Assembly: GCA_951406725.2 (NCBI GenBank)
Contig: OX597820.1
Coordinates: 77,686,001-77,750,000 of the forward strand
Source: Octopus vulgaris
Lineage: Eukaryota
DNA: 64,000 nucleotides
Direction: 5' to 3'
Both the position numbers and the translations under genes were made by a program. The notes beneath the pieces are model-generated. The model did not search any database, was not told where the DNA came from, and worked only from the letters and a program-made list of their open reading frames with translations. This document shows positions 1-13,845 of this stretch, one piece after another (position 1 is the first letter of the stretch; the number at the start of each line of letters is the position of its first letter).

Positions 1-300
1 ATGGCCCAGTGGTTAAGGCAGCACACTCGCGGTCGAGGGATCGCCGCTTCGATTCCCAGACCGGGTGTTTTGTATGTTTATTGAGCGAAAACATCTTAAA
101 GCTCCAGGAGGCTCCGACAAGGGGTGGTGCCGAAACTGTTGTACTCTTTCGCCACAACTTTCTCTCAGTCTCTCTTGCTGTTTCTTGAGTAATGCTGCAA
201 TGGACTGGCGTCTCATCCAGCTGGGGGAAATACATACGCCACGGAAACCGGGAAACCGGGCCCATGAGCCTGGTTAGGCTTGAAAAGGGCGACGTTTTTT
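1..300 (+). mobile_element. tRNA-derived SINE (family C here), 5' end at window edge
   Basis: A-box TGGCCCAGTGG and B-box-like GCTTCGATTCCC. The 3' part (gactggcgtctcatccagctggg...gaaaccgggaaaccgggcccat...aggcttgaaaa) is shared with the copies at 16925-17439. Confidence 0.8.
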
Positions 301-1439
301 TAATCAATTTTTACGTAAATATATACGCATATGTGTATATCATATCTATGTGTACATAAATATTTATATGTATATATGTATATATGCGTACACATTTACG
401 TATGTATACATGTATATAAATGTGTGTGTGTGCTTGCGTGAGTGTGTGCGTGTGTTTGTACGCGTGTGCGTGTGTGTTTGCACACACATACATTCAAAGA
501 GGTTTGCGGCCTCCTTGTTCTTCATCGTTGTCAATAGCATTCCTGATTGTCCATGCCTCACTTCTGCCGTTGTGGATCTGCATTGTTTGAAGCAATGGGC
601 GAAAGTTGCAAGTTACCGTCCACTTTCCCTTGGTTAAGTCTGCATACGCTACCCTCATCTTTCGCCATAGCACTTTCAGAAACTGGAATGGCAAAGGATG
701 TCACCATGATCAGACGTTTTCATGTCATTAGCTTATAGTGATAAGCCCTTGTAGAACACGAGTCCTGCTCTCCGAGTCCCTGTTATTAGTAACTATTGGT
801 ATGCGGAAGTTATATGGCTAGTAATCACGTGAAATCACAGAGTTTACATCCGCTTAGGCGAAAAATAAGAATTGGAAGTTAAGTAGAGTAGGTGAAAAAC
901 AGGTGAAATTACGTAGATATGAAAGTCACTTTGTTTATGCGGTTGAGTTTTTGCTTATATTATTTCATAACATTGGCCTCTTTTATTCGTAAGTTGCCAG
1001 TGTTCTGTAGAGTAGTTTTCGAGAACGAATTAAAAGTGTATGATAACATGTAAAATGCAATGTTAAGCTTGATAATGAAATGTTTCAGAATGCAAAAAAA
1101 GCCGAGTTTTAATCGACTACTAAATTGTGATGACGTTTATGGGCATAAATTGAAAATAATGTAAAATTTATTATATCATTTGATCGACGATCTCTTTTGC
1201 CCTAACGGTTGTCTTGTTAAACGCGGGAAAAAAAACTTCATTTATAATTTAAGTGAACGTGAATGCCAAGTAGAATTTAATCAACCGAAAAACAGCACAC
1301 AACTACATTAGCTCTTTAAAGGAAAAGACGTTGTCACCACTCAAGAAATTACTGTAACGTTGACTCATTTAACGTAGTTGAGTTCCACACATGTTGCTTT
1401 GAGTGAGGTCTCATTGTGGTTATTTTGTAGTAATAATAA

Positions 1440-2460
1440 CACTGGTCAACAAAATTATACTTTTTTAATCATCAGAGATACTGATTGACTTTTCTAGGTT
1501 AATGTTTGATGCTGGTTACGAATCTGAAGTCCGATTTCCGCTATCAGGTCACATTTTCATGTTAATGATACCTGCTCTTTTAACTTATAGGATACGTAAA
1601 GCATATCTATATAAAGTATATTGAATATAAGATACGATAATTTCATGGCATTTTATTGTACAAAATTAGAATTATTGTGTACACATAAGTTAGAATACAC
1701 TCGAATGCATAACAATTTAAAATCTTTTGACTTTCTATGGTGTTTTGTCTCACGTTCATCCCTGTATAACATCCAACAGTAGTTAGGTAACATTCCTGCA
1801 TTCCAAAATCCTTGATATCGTTGTTCCATCGATGCAGTATCCTGATGAAGGCGTTCCCTTGCTCATCAGTCACTGCTCCAAGATTCCCAAGGAAATGGAC
1901 TCTTAGTGACATCCGGCAGCCCATTGCAGCGTAGGAGTCTTAAAGACATGTCACTCCATTTCTAAATTCTAGAGATCTCTTGTTGCCTAGGAAATTTCCA
2001 CAGAGCTATTTGAAGGATTCCCGGGATTTAAGCTCTATCTCATCCAGTGCTTGAGGAAGTGGTTGTCCTTCAGGAGTTCTTTTATCTGCGGACCTATGAA
2101 TACGCCCTCCTTCAGTTTTGCCTCGGTGATATTTGAAAATTTGGCCTTTACATATTCAAAACCTTCTGAACTTTTCCTGGCAAGTGTCTTCACGAATTGT
2201 TTCATGAGGCCAAGCTTTATGTGAAGAGGGGGAAGAAGAACATTTTTGGGTTTAGAAGTGGCTTACACTGGATGCTAGAAACTCCCGGCCCATATGATTT
2301 TGCAATCACTCTGATTGCATATAGTGCTTGTTAGTTCCACGACTGTCCCACATGCATAAAAAGCAACAATATTTCGTGAACCCAGATTGCATTCCCATCA
2401 ACATTCCAATCACATTCAAGTCTCCATATTTTTTCCAGCTGTACCTCTCTTATCTCATCT
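1440..2460 (-). mobile_element. Decayed Chapaev3-type (CMC) DNA transposon, 3' part with candidate terminus
   Basis: Minus strand reads GDLNVIGMLMGMQSGFTKYCCFLCMWDSR, VLLPPLHIKLGLMKQFVKTL, EAKLKEGVFIGPQIKELL, MGCRMSLRVHFL, NLGAVTDEQG, HQDTASMEQRYQGFWNAGMLPNYCWML, with frameshifts and stops. CACTGGTCAAC at 1440 fits a CAC terminus. Confidence 0.85.
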
Positions 2461-2571
2461 GAAAATTTGTGCCTGATAGAAGGAAAGCGATTACATTTTT
2501 GAAATTACCTATAAAACACCATATGATATCCCAGATGAATATTGGCTGCTGACCAGTGTAATTATTCTGAT

Positions 2572-2782
2572 GGTGGTGAGCTGACAGAGTAGTTAACACG
2601 CAAGACAACATAGCCAGCGACATTTTCTTCCGGTTTAAGTTCTGAGTTCAAATGTGACATAGGTCGACCTTGCATTTCATCCTTTTTGTGGTCGATAAAA
2701 TTATTACCAGTTGAGTGTAGAGGTCAATGTAATCGACTTCCCCTCCCTTCAAGATACCTGGTATAGAGTCAAAATTAGAAAG
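2572..2782 (+). mobile_element. Diverged SINE (family B here; Meta-domain-like core)
   Basis: Homologous to the young copy at 20317-20550: gagttcaaat...ggtcgaccttgcatttcatcctttt..ggtcgataaaa..accagtt..gtaatcgact. Confidence 0.75.
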
Positions 2783-4430
2783 TATCATACCTTAATAATA
2801 TTACAACTGAGCGGCCCATTTTAAATACATATATGTATATAGTTATCGACAGTGGCTACAATATTGGCGACGTTCAGAAACAGTTATATGATTTACAGTG
2901 AGGGTTTCCTTCAAGATTGACTCCCATAAAATTACACAGCCAGTAGTTATTCCAGGCCCACCAGAAAATAACTATATTCCGGCACAGAAAATACTGAAAA
3001 TAGTAATGACATCTCCATCAAATCAAACTTTAAATATTTTAAAAATGAAATCTGATTAAATGTTTGGACATCAAAAAACTATAAAGATCCATCTACTTTT
3101 TCTTTCAAGTATTTCAGCTTTAAAGCTACGGTCACGCTGGAGCATGAGTTTGTTGTGTATCAATAAAAGGCAACCCTGTTTTCATTTCCTTTAAATTTCT
3201 TTATTGTGTCTAAAGTTATAATTAATTTCTGGGAAGTCCCGAGACTTTGCTGGAAGGCCATTGATGGCTCCATCGACACAGTAGTTTATTGCTATTTTGA
3301 TTGACCACATATCGGTGACAAGTGAATTTCGCCTGGAACACCAGTGTACGATCTTTACTTCTTTTCCGATATAATAGTTTTTACATAGTCATAAGTCATT
3401 ACTTTTTGCTTGATGGTTCGTCACCCCTGCAAATATGACTATTGCTTTAACAGGATAATTATAACACGCTTCACCTTGTTTTATCTAATCTCTGCACATA
3501 AACTATACAGCTAGCATTGTAAACGTGAAACGGATGGTGAAAATGGTCAATCGTTTTCTGTTCCTTTATTACTCACCCATACATAAAATTTGCGTTTATT
3601 ACATCTAAATGACGAAAGAAATTTACGAGAGAACGCAAGTTTTAAGTTACATAACAGAATAATAAAAATTCTTTTCCTCCCACTTCGTCTTCATTAATTA
3701 AATACCAGATTTATTTAACCCTTCCGCCGAAATGAGATATATATGGCATTGCAAAAGTCAATGATCATTACCAGAGTTTCAGTAGAGTAGGTGACATTTT
3801 TCAACCGACAAATTTGCTGTCTTCATTTAAAGATAATAGAAGTAAATACGATATATATTACTTGGTATAATGAACTAGAAACTAACTATGGTATACAAGA
3901 TAAATTTTAAAGCAAAGTTCCGTGCCAATAGTTAGAGTGGCACCAATTATGTTTGTACTACAAAGAAAGTCAAAAATGTAATAGATTATTTCCTCGCCGT
4001 CTATATGCTTGGTCATAAAAGACAGTAATGTGTATTTTCAATGTACCCGGTTTCAGTCATTGATATATTAATTTTTGGAACAAAATAGTCAGCTGGACAT
4101 AGACAATTAGAGTAACATTTCTAGATGTTTCTAGACGTTTCTAACATCATTAACTATGCTCATTATACACGGGAGAATTAAGGTGGTAAAAGCGAATTTA
4201 ATATCAATCTCATAAATTCTTGTTCGAAATCTTCACTTTTAGCCTTCAGGCAGTTACTAATTGCAGGCTGTATTGGCAATAAACAAATCTATATCAAGTT
4301 GAAACATGTCATCAAATTGGGAGGAACAAATTTGTTAAGAACAATAGTTGTCTATCGTTGTCTATATATATTCTTAATTGCTGGCTGTATACATTAAATA
4401 TATATATGTGTGAAAGTGTTTTTAAGTGCG

Positions 4431-4479
<49 letters not shown>

Positions 4480-4547
4480 TTGTGTGTGTGCGCGCGCGTG
4501 TGTGTGTGTCTTTGTATGTATTTGCCTTAACTATTCTCATTCTCATT

Positions 4548-6140
4548 GCTGAGGGCAGGGACTAGGTTGGATGAACCCTCTCTCTCCATCGATCCCTACC
4601 CGTCCCCCAAAACTGTATTTTCAGTCAGGGATCTTTTAGTGCGTCTTTTCGATCTTCTAGGTTTACATGGGCGCAAATTTCCGAACCCTAATGAAATGTC
4701 AACAATACTGCAAATTTCTCTTCCTGGTAATTGCCAAAAATTCTCTTTCTGTTATTCAAGTAGTGTCTTCTTTGTTCTCTGGTCAGTATAGGTAACATTG
4801 TATTCTTAGGTAACATACGATTTCTAATGGTTTTAATATTCGAGGTGCCATTTTTGTGTATAGTCTAGCTTGATGTGCAATAGGCCATGGTAGTATCATT
4901 ATGAACTTTATTCTGTATTCTTACTAAGAGCTCTGTCTTTCCAGATTGTACTGTGTACTTATATGACTGATCTCGCTGCTCCGAATTATGCGCCTATTTC
5001 ATGGCCCCCGTTTTCTGATTGTTCTCTGATAGCACCGAAATATAGGCAATCAGTTGTAAAGTAATTCTTTGGTATTAGATGTTGAGCTACCCTGAAATAA
5101 GTTTTTTTCCTTCGTATTGATTTCGATCTCCAGCTTGTATTCAATCTATATACTTTATACGTTTTCTTTTAATCTCTGTAACAACCCTCGTGTTGCTGCG
5201 ATCAGTACTATATCGTCAGCAGCTCATTGTTGATGCCATTTCCATAGTTGGTGTTTACTATCCGACTGTGTAAGTATATCTGATTATCATTCTATTTCCA
5301 GAATGGGAATTGAGGTCATGGCTGAGACAAGACAAAATTGACGAAGTCAACTCCTTTTTTGATACAGAATCACCCTCTTTGTCCTTTCTCCGCTTTAACG
5401 GTTGATAGTGGTCTCCGGTAGAAATTAACAATCAAGGTGGCAACTTTAGAATTCACCTCTATTATTTGTATGCATTAATTTGGTCGTAACCCTAACCCTC
5501 ACTCATACACAGAGGGACATTCAATTCTAATGATTTTTCCATGATGATATATATCACACATTATTCATGATTTCTTTCAAAATCTCGCCTGTAATTCTGC
5601 AAACTGTTACTCAGCGTTTCTCTCTCCTTAGAAGCCAGTTCTGCAGAGGGATTTTCATTCTTCTTCAGTTAGCTCAATGACGCAATATTTAGTGCATTCA
5701 GTAGGTCTTAATGTGTTCGGTTTCGAATATGGAAACAATTACCGTATGGATACATTCCGGCGCCTGTTTTTCCAATGTCAAGATTCTTATTGCAGACTTT
5801 GCATAGCAACTTGGTCATCATTGGAGATTTTGGTTTTAATAGTTTCACACGAAGATTGTCAGTTTCAGCAGATTCTTATCTCTTTTAAGTTTTCCAACAC
5901 CACCCCTCTGCTTCTGAGTCGAACAGTGTTGGATAGTCGGACTGATTCCTGCCGGTTTTGAGATATCATTATCCTAATACAATGTTTTCCTGCATTCTTT
6001 CCACCGTTTGAGACTGTTTTGGAGCGTTTAACTTTCTGAGTCTTCATGTTTATCTGCTTCCGCTGGAATCTCTTTTGGTAGGGAGTTGGTAATATTGCTC
6101 GGCTTAAATTTGTCTAAATTTTGTTATTACTATATTGCTC
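4548..6140 (-). mobile_element. Heavily decayed RTE-like LINE, reverse transcriptase region
   Basis: Minus-strand fragments occur in RT order: IMEKSLELNVPLC, FCIKKGV, INN..ADDIVLIAATRGLLQRL..EINTK, YFGAI, IWKDRALSKEYRIK..WPIA, RKRNLQY, RDRWR. Many stops and frameshifts. The 5' limit is approximate. Confidence 0.75.
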
Positions 6141-6360
6141 TTCAGTCTCAGCTCATTTCTTTATGTGTGTGTGAGCGCGCGCGTGCATGTGTATGTGTGT
6201 GTGCGTGTGTCTGTGTATGAGTGTATATGTGCGTGTATGTGTGTTGTGTACATATGTTCCTAAATATATTCACATACAAAGATAGATTGATATATATATA
6301 TAGATAGATAGATAGATAGACAAAGTACATATATATGTGTACGTATATATGCATCTATCA

Positions 6361-6420
<60 letters not shown>

Positions 6421-6846
6421 ATATGCATGTATTGGTATGTGTGTGTGTGTGTTTGGTAGTGAGTGAATGATGTGGATGTCTTTATTCAAGCGAGGGACCA
6501 AGAAATAGCATCTATTGTGTCGTCCTAGCATTTTTGAAAAGAAGTCTCGTACAACTTTCTGTTAACATTGCGTATATTATATTAACTACTAACAGGCATT
6601 TATACCAGCAGGTAAGTCTCTAAGTGGCTTATTAGATGATTCTAATAAGCCCTGAATATGATACACTGTAAATGGGTTGTTAAGGATTTAAATGTCAAGC
6701 TGAGATATTTATAGATTTCAAATTTTGAAACATCGAGTGACATAAAACTGAAGACTAAATATTAGTTGCCTTGAATTATTGAAATATAGAAACCATGTGT
6801 TCAGAAAGGGTCGACTATGAATAAACTTTTAACAATCGAACATAAT

Positions 6847-7350
<504 letters not shown>

Positions 7351-8554
7351 ACGTCGTAAATGACAAAAGAATTATGTCGACTGATGTCTAACTTTTGCCA
7401 TTTCGCTTTACGCTGCCCGTTAATCATCGAATTGTAAGAGAGAGCACCTGTTCAGACAAAGAGAGTAGCGTAATTATTTACCATTGCTATACAACTATGA
7501 ATATATTTTATCACGGCAGAAAGAACTTCAGCTTTACTGAAGTAAATGGCATGTATCAAGTTCTGACTAATTTTCTTTTTCTTTTATTTTGGTTTGGCAA
7601 AGAGTAAAATCTTATTCCCAATAATTATACACGGCCATACTTTCAACACAGAATGCTTTAATCAACGACAACGACTCAACATGTGTTTTAGCTACTAGAA
7701 CGACATGAAGCACAATTGTTTTGGAAAGTATGTAATTAATTCATAGACAAAATGCAAACCTAAATACAAATCAATACAATTATATGATAATAAATTTTCG
7801 CACTCGTGTGATTATAGAAATATTACGTATAATTTTATATAATTTATAGATTACTGTAGAGAGACGGAAAATTTATGAGTTGAAAAGACATTCGACTATC
7901 GGTATCTGAGTTAAGAAATTATACTTATTGCAAATCTGAAGAAGTATAATTAATTGGAAAGTTCATGAAACTCTCCACAATAACTACCAAAACTGTGTAT
8001 TATAGGTTCTCCTTGACGCTATAGAACATATTCTTACTATTAGTAAATGTAATTACAATTGTATATAATTATATCGTTGGAGTATTTTATTTCATATTAT
8101 TTTAGGGTTGGATCTCAGCTGAAACTTTAGCGAGAAAATTACGAATTGATTTACGTAGGAGGAAATATTTTCTGTTACACCGTCAGCTTACAAATATAAT
8201 CAACTCTCCAAATCATTCTATATTTCTTTGAAACCGACTGGTAAGGTTGATGATATTATCTCAGCTGATCCTTATCTGCAAAGGAAAAAGATGACAATGT
8301 TTTGAAAATAATTTAATCACTGGTTCCATTGAACAGCGTCAAATTGCGTCTATGTAATGCACACAACGATTTCCAATTATGCAGTTTTTCCAATGAAAAT
8401 GAAAATAGTAGTACCAGTGATATAAGTAATAGCACACCAGTGATCATAACCCCCTCCTGCTAGAGATACAATACTTGAACTTTCAGTTAGTGATATTTTC
8501 ATGGACCCTGATATGATGAAACGCAAAGTCGAACGCGGTTTTGCAAGACTAGTA

Positions 8555-8810
8555 CCTATCTATCAATTTGTTTGATGAACTGCAAGGTTACTGGACGTAA
8601 ACAAATCACACTGGAAGAAACTATACACACACACGACGATACACATACATAGATATTCATAATATGGGCTTCCCAATAGTTCCCATCTGCCAAAATCATT
8701 CACAAGGCGTTAGTTGGCTATAGTAGAAGACAAATCCCCCAAGTGTCAACGAGCGGAAGCCGACACCGAGTGGATGTAAACAGCGAGATTCTAAAATGAT
8801 TCAGTCATAG
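8555..8810 (-). mobile_element. Old family-A SINE
   Basis: Reverse-complement remnants ttcacaaggcgtt.gttgg, ctatagtagaagaca, cccaag. Confidence 0.6.
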
Positions 8811-10449
8811 TTGCATAATATTTTTGATGTTAGCTATCTTTGGCAGATAAGAACTTAAACTATGTAAAGAAAACATCAACGCAGTATCATCATTTGTATC
8901 GTTCAATAATCTGCAACACTATACAAAATCATTAAGGACAAATCATTAAATAGATTAATCACCCTTATATGCAGAATCTGAATATATTTAGAAAACCCCG
9001 TCTTTGAAGTCATTAAATCTTTATACCTAGTCTAAGAGGACATATATCACACAGAGACCGGCCTTCTACTAGGAACTATTAAATCTACCTTTAAACAGTA
9101 TCACCAAAGAACATCGAATGCATCGAACCGTCATATCCGACAGCATTCTCGCAATAATGCTAACCTGTGAATAGTCACAATATCTACACTGAAGATCACA
9201 GATCAAATGAGATTTAGCGGACTACATGTTGTTTGCATGTAACAGAATTGGTTTTGACAATAAATTTATTTCCTTCGAAATGGTAGTCGAAAATTGTCGG
9301 AATATGGAATTCATTATTTCGGAACTTTTTTCATGCATCAAAAGAAACTGAAATACCGGCCAAACTACTTCAGCAAATACGACAGCAACATAGTCGTGGT
9401 AATGGTCGCCTCCAGCGTATTTGCCGGCAGGCTGCGAATAGCTCGGTGGAGTATATACCCTCTCATAGCGCTTGATGTTAAAACACCACTGAGTCTTGGA
9501 GAGGTAAGATAACTCACCTCCAATCCAATCTAGGATTCATGGTAATCAATGATTCGCCATTTCTGTGGCTTGTTAACGATGCGTTTGTAATTTGACAAAT
9601 GCTTAGCAATCTTACTCAGTAGTGAAGATATAAACTGAACGAAATATCGATTGCGGCTTTAATATACTAAATTCTATTGCGTATACTTGGGAAAAGTGTT
9701 CTTGTATCTGTTGCTTGACTGACTTCAATTGATGGATGTGGAATGAACTCGCCAGTTCATGACTTGTATTTTCATAGCTTGCAAAGCCATGTAGTGGTAT
9801 GCTCAGAATATACCTACGTAAGAATAAATTTAAATATGTAATTGAAGCAGCTTTAGTAGAATGTATGCGGCTATGGATGTATGTATGGATGGATGGATAT
9901 GTATGTGTGTGCGCGCTCGCAAGTGTGTATATGAGCAAGTGTAGCAAAATGAATGTAGCAAAATATTTTTTCTTTGAGATTATTCGCAATTGTAAACCAA
10001 TTAAATGATATTGATAAACTGTCTTAGCTATCAAATTATCAGCGAAGCAAAGTATTGAAGAGGCCTTCTCTGAAGATAAGGTTTTTTGATACATCTGTGG
10101 CATTTGAATTTCAACACTGTTCAGTAAAAAAAGAAAAAGCTATGTTTTCAAAATTATGTTATCAATGGTTTCTAATCTACATAGAATTAAGTTTTAGCTG
10201 GTAATATCAGTATTAAGTATATCATAGACATTCGGACTGCATCAATGAGCGAAATTCAAATTTGTTTCCGTTTTTCATTATTTAACCTTTCTATTAACAT
10301 TTAGTCAAATATATCGGAATAGCAATTGATATATCAATGAACTTATTTACAGAAATGATTAGAGTTAAATTAGCCATTGTTGAAATGTTATCGTTTCCAT
10401 AGCACGTTTCCATAGTTACTCCATGAAGTATATAATATTGATTACATCT

Positions 10450-10650
10450 TTTAGCACAAGACCAGCAAGTTCTGAGAAATGGGTCAGTGCATTACATCGG
10501 CATCAGTACTCAGCTGGTGCTCATTTATCGACATCGAAAGGCTGAAATGCAAGGTCAACCTGGGCGGGATTTGAACTCAGAACGTAAAGACGGACCAAAT
10601 GGGGTGAAGTATTTCGGCCGGCCTTCTAATGTTTCTGCTATCTCGTCACA
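10450..10650 (-). mobile_element. Family-B SINE
   Basis: tttatcgacatcgaaaggctgaaatgcaaggtcaacctgggcgggatttgaactcagaacgtaa matches the copy at 20317-20550. Confidence 0.8.
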
Positions 10651-10835
10651 ATTTCGACGTATATAATATCGTCTTAATGATGTTAATGTGAACGACATTT
10701 CAACTTATTAACTCTTATCAAATATGAACGATACTCAGTAGTGAAGATACATTCAGTTCAGCTTTATTATACTAAAGTCTATTGCGTATACTTGGGAAAA
10801 GACTTCTTGTATCTGTTCTTTTACTTACTTCAATT

Positions 10836-11060
10836 ACTAGTTTGCCACTATACTAGAGCACCGCCTTGAAGAATTGTTGGTCGAATATTTTTTATTCTCT
10901 CTTAAGCCTAATAAGTATTCTATCTGTCCTTTTCGCTGAACTGCTAGATTACGGGGCGCAATAGTAGAAGACACTTGCTCAAGTTGCTACGAAGCGGAAC
11001 TGAATCCGAAATTATATAGTTGGGAATCAAGCTTCTTACGACGAAGCCACGCATGCACCT
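10836..11060 (-). mobile_element. Internally deleted family-A SINE
   Basis: gagcaccgccttgaag tail piece joined to atagtagaagacacttgctcaag...gaactgaatccgaa...aagcttcttac head piece. Confidence 0.7.
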
Positions 11061-11676
11061 ATGTTTTTAATCTTCGAAATAGAGTTGTAATTACCTCAGC
11101 GCGTACGTATGTCTAATTACATATCTTTAATTAGATATGTAAAGGCACATTCTGTATCAGATATGTTAACACTTAGTTTTTAATTACAAATACTCTTGAT
11201 ATAGAAATGTACATCTTCACGTGTGTGCTTGGTTTCATTTCATTCTTGAAATCTGAAGTAGTTAGGTTTTTACTTCCTCACCGTAATCTATAGTCTACTA
11301 AATCGATTACCAGCCTTGTATATATTGATTCTGCAGAAACTAAACTTTATGTTGTAGTATATCATATATCCAACTAACAAATATCTATGTTAACTAATTT
11401 TAATCATAAACGGATTTTCTTATGAAACCAACGGTGACCTCTGAAGATGGCCAGTTGATCTACAAGAAACTGCCAATCTACTTCCCTGTAGCCTGAATCT
11501 TATTTACCTACTTAATGTAAAATGCACATTCTGAAACCTGCAGTGCTTAAAACAAAGGATTAGCAAATTAAATTACTTGTAATATCCCATTTGAAGCTAA
11601 ATGTTGATAAAAGAACGATAACAGAAATGTAAAGTAATATTTAAAAGATATTTTCAAACACACATACACGCACACA

Positions 11677-11750
<74 letters not shown>

Positions 11751-11751
<1 letters not shown>

Positions 11752-12109
11752 TAGCTTCAGGTGACCCGCTCTACGCGCGGGTAAGAGTGTGGTTGTTACT
11801 CTCTGTTGCTTCCTTTCAGCACGTAAAAAGCAATATCCGAACGTGGCCGATGGCAGCGCCGCCTTGACTGTCTTCTGTGCCGGTGGCACGTAAAAAGCAC
11901 CAACCGATCGTGGCCGCTAGCAGCCGCCCTGGCACCTGTGCCAGCGGCACGAAAAAAGCGCCCACTACACTCACAGTGGTTGGCGTTAGGAAGGGCATCC
12001 AGCTGTAGAAACAGTGCCAGATCAGACTGGAGCCTGGTGCAGCCTCCTGGCTTCCCAGACCCTGGTCAAACTGTCCAACGCTTGCTAGCACGGAAAACGG
12101 ACGTTAAAC

Positions 12110-12161
<52 letters not shown>

Positions 12162-12915
12162 CTCCCTTTTGTTTCTCTCTCCTTTCCTTCTCACTTTCCC
12201 ACTCTCTTACTTTTCTTTTCTCTCGGACTCTCCCTCGCTTTCTCTTACTCTCTATCTTTATCTATCTCTCTCCCATTTATAAACAACAAAAGATCTTGAG
12301 TAAGTTGAGAAATAAAATATTTTGAAAGATCAATCATAAATATCAGGCAGTGACAACGGGAAGGTCTGCTTCAAGGCAGACAGCAAAACACTAACATTTA
12401 AAAGGGACAGACGAACTTGCAAGCTGAATAAAAAATAATAAAATATTGGAAACCAAAGTTTGAAGGGATAGAATCTGAGGATAGTAGAGTCACCATTTCT
12501 TAACGACGGACAACAACCTATTGACAGTTTAACGGCTGGCGTAAAAGTTTGAACTTGATGTAAAAGAAAATTCCTAAACACCAAGATTTGAAGTGATTCT
12601 TTCTCACGACAGTAGACTCACCATGGCAAGCATTCAAAACTTCTTCATCATGGACGGCAACACATTGACGATTAAAAGGCTGGAGCAAATCTTTTAGCTT
12701 GAAGTAACAGAGAATTCGTAAACACCCGCTCCTGTAAATTTTAATCCCCTTCTAGCCCCATTTAGACCCCTTTTCACATTTTGGTTAATATAACCCGATT
12801 TCATTCGGGTGTAGTGGGGCCACATTTTATAAGATGAGGAACTTTGTCCTAGAGGTCACGCCTTTCATTTGAGGAAAAAAATAGTTGTCATGCAAAGTCG
12901 CCAGCACTTTTAACA

Positions 12916-12983
<68 letters not shown>

Positions 12984-13005
12984 CATTATATATACAAATC
13001 TATAC

Positions 13006-13056
<51 letters not shown>

Positions 13057-13828
13057 TAAATTAGAGATAAAACAACTAATAGGCAAATCAAACAGTGAAA
13101 AACATAAACCAAAACATAAAAATAAAAATATAATATACAAAATATGTAAAATATAAAATTGAAAAATTTAAATTATTTAAATTTAAAATCAAAATTATTA
13201 ATTTATATTTATAATTTAAAAAATATATATATACCTATCAAAAAGTATTACAAAGTTTAATATACATAAATACAGCTATATACACTTTGTATATATACAT
13301 TATATATACATATTTATATATAGAACATACACACACACACATATAAATTAACCCAATAAATATCTCATTTATAATATTTGTTCTCATGATTGCGTTGTGG
13401 TGGTGGCGATGATAATACTCTCTATGAATGCAGACAGACGTAGAGAGAGAGAGAGTGTGTGTGAAAGCGCTGTCGAAGGCGGGAAGGGGGAGATATAGAA
13501 CTCTGTGAAACGACGATATAAAGAGAAATTGAAGGGAGATAGACGCTGTGAAACGACGTTATAGATAGAACGTGATGGGAAAGGAGGAAAGAGAGTGAGT
13601 GATGGAGGAAGACAGATTCATAAAAGAGAATAGACTTGTCAAAGTGCGTTTTTGGCCCTAGCAACAATAAGATGGGGATTTCTAACCTAGCCCACTCGCA
13701 TCCTTACCTCATTTTACATGTCCCTGTAAATTTTGGAGTCAATCCGACGGGTTCTAGTGGCCTTTAACCCGTTCTCAATGCCAAAACCAGACAAACAAAC
13801 TTTTCGCATTTCAGATTTATAATATAGA
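11751..13828 (-). mobile_element. Complete non-autonomous Helitron (about 2.08 kb) inserted in (TA)n
   Basis: The minus strand starts A|TCTATATTATAAATC at 13828 and ends CTAG|T at 11751. A GC hairpin ACCCGC-7nt-GCGGGT (11764-11782) lies 9 nt from the CTAG. A/T target with no TSD. Confidence 0.85.
11816..12160 (+). mobile_element. 5'-truncated SINE with three internal repeats and a (GAT)n tail, nested in the Helitron
   Basis: Three gcacg(t/a)aaaaagc units, then ggttggcgttaggaagggcatccagctgtagaaac...ggacgttaaac followed by (GAT)n. Confidence 0.75.
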
Positions 13829-13845
13829 TATATATATATATATAT

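Noticed and set aside
1-65. tRNA genes here and at 16925, 17183, 26436 and 35138
   Set aside because: Acceptor stems are not intact and each runs into a repeated SINE body, so they are SINE heads.
494-780. GC-richer segment with short ORFs on both strands
   Set aside because: No recognisable motif or supported splice structure.
3215-3460. Possible Tc1 remnant (LPAKSRDF resembling WPxxSPDL)
   Set aside because: A single weak motif with no other catalytic residues or termini.
11441-11470. CTGAAGA...GAAAC HHR-like motif
   Set aside because: Stems I-III do not pair convincingly. At most it is a decayed remnant.
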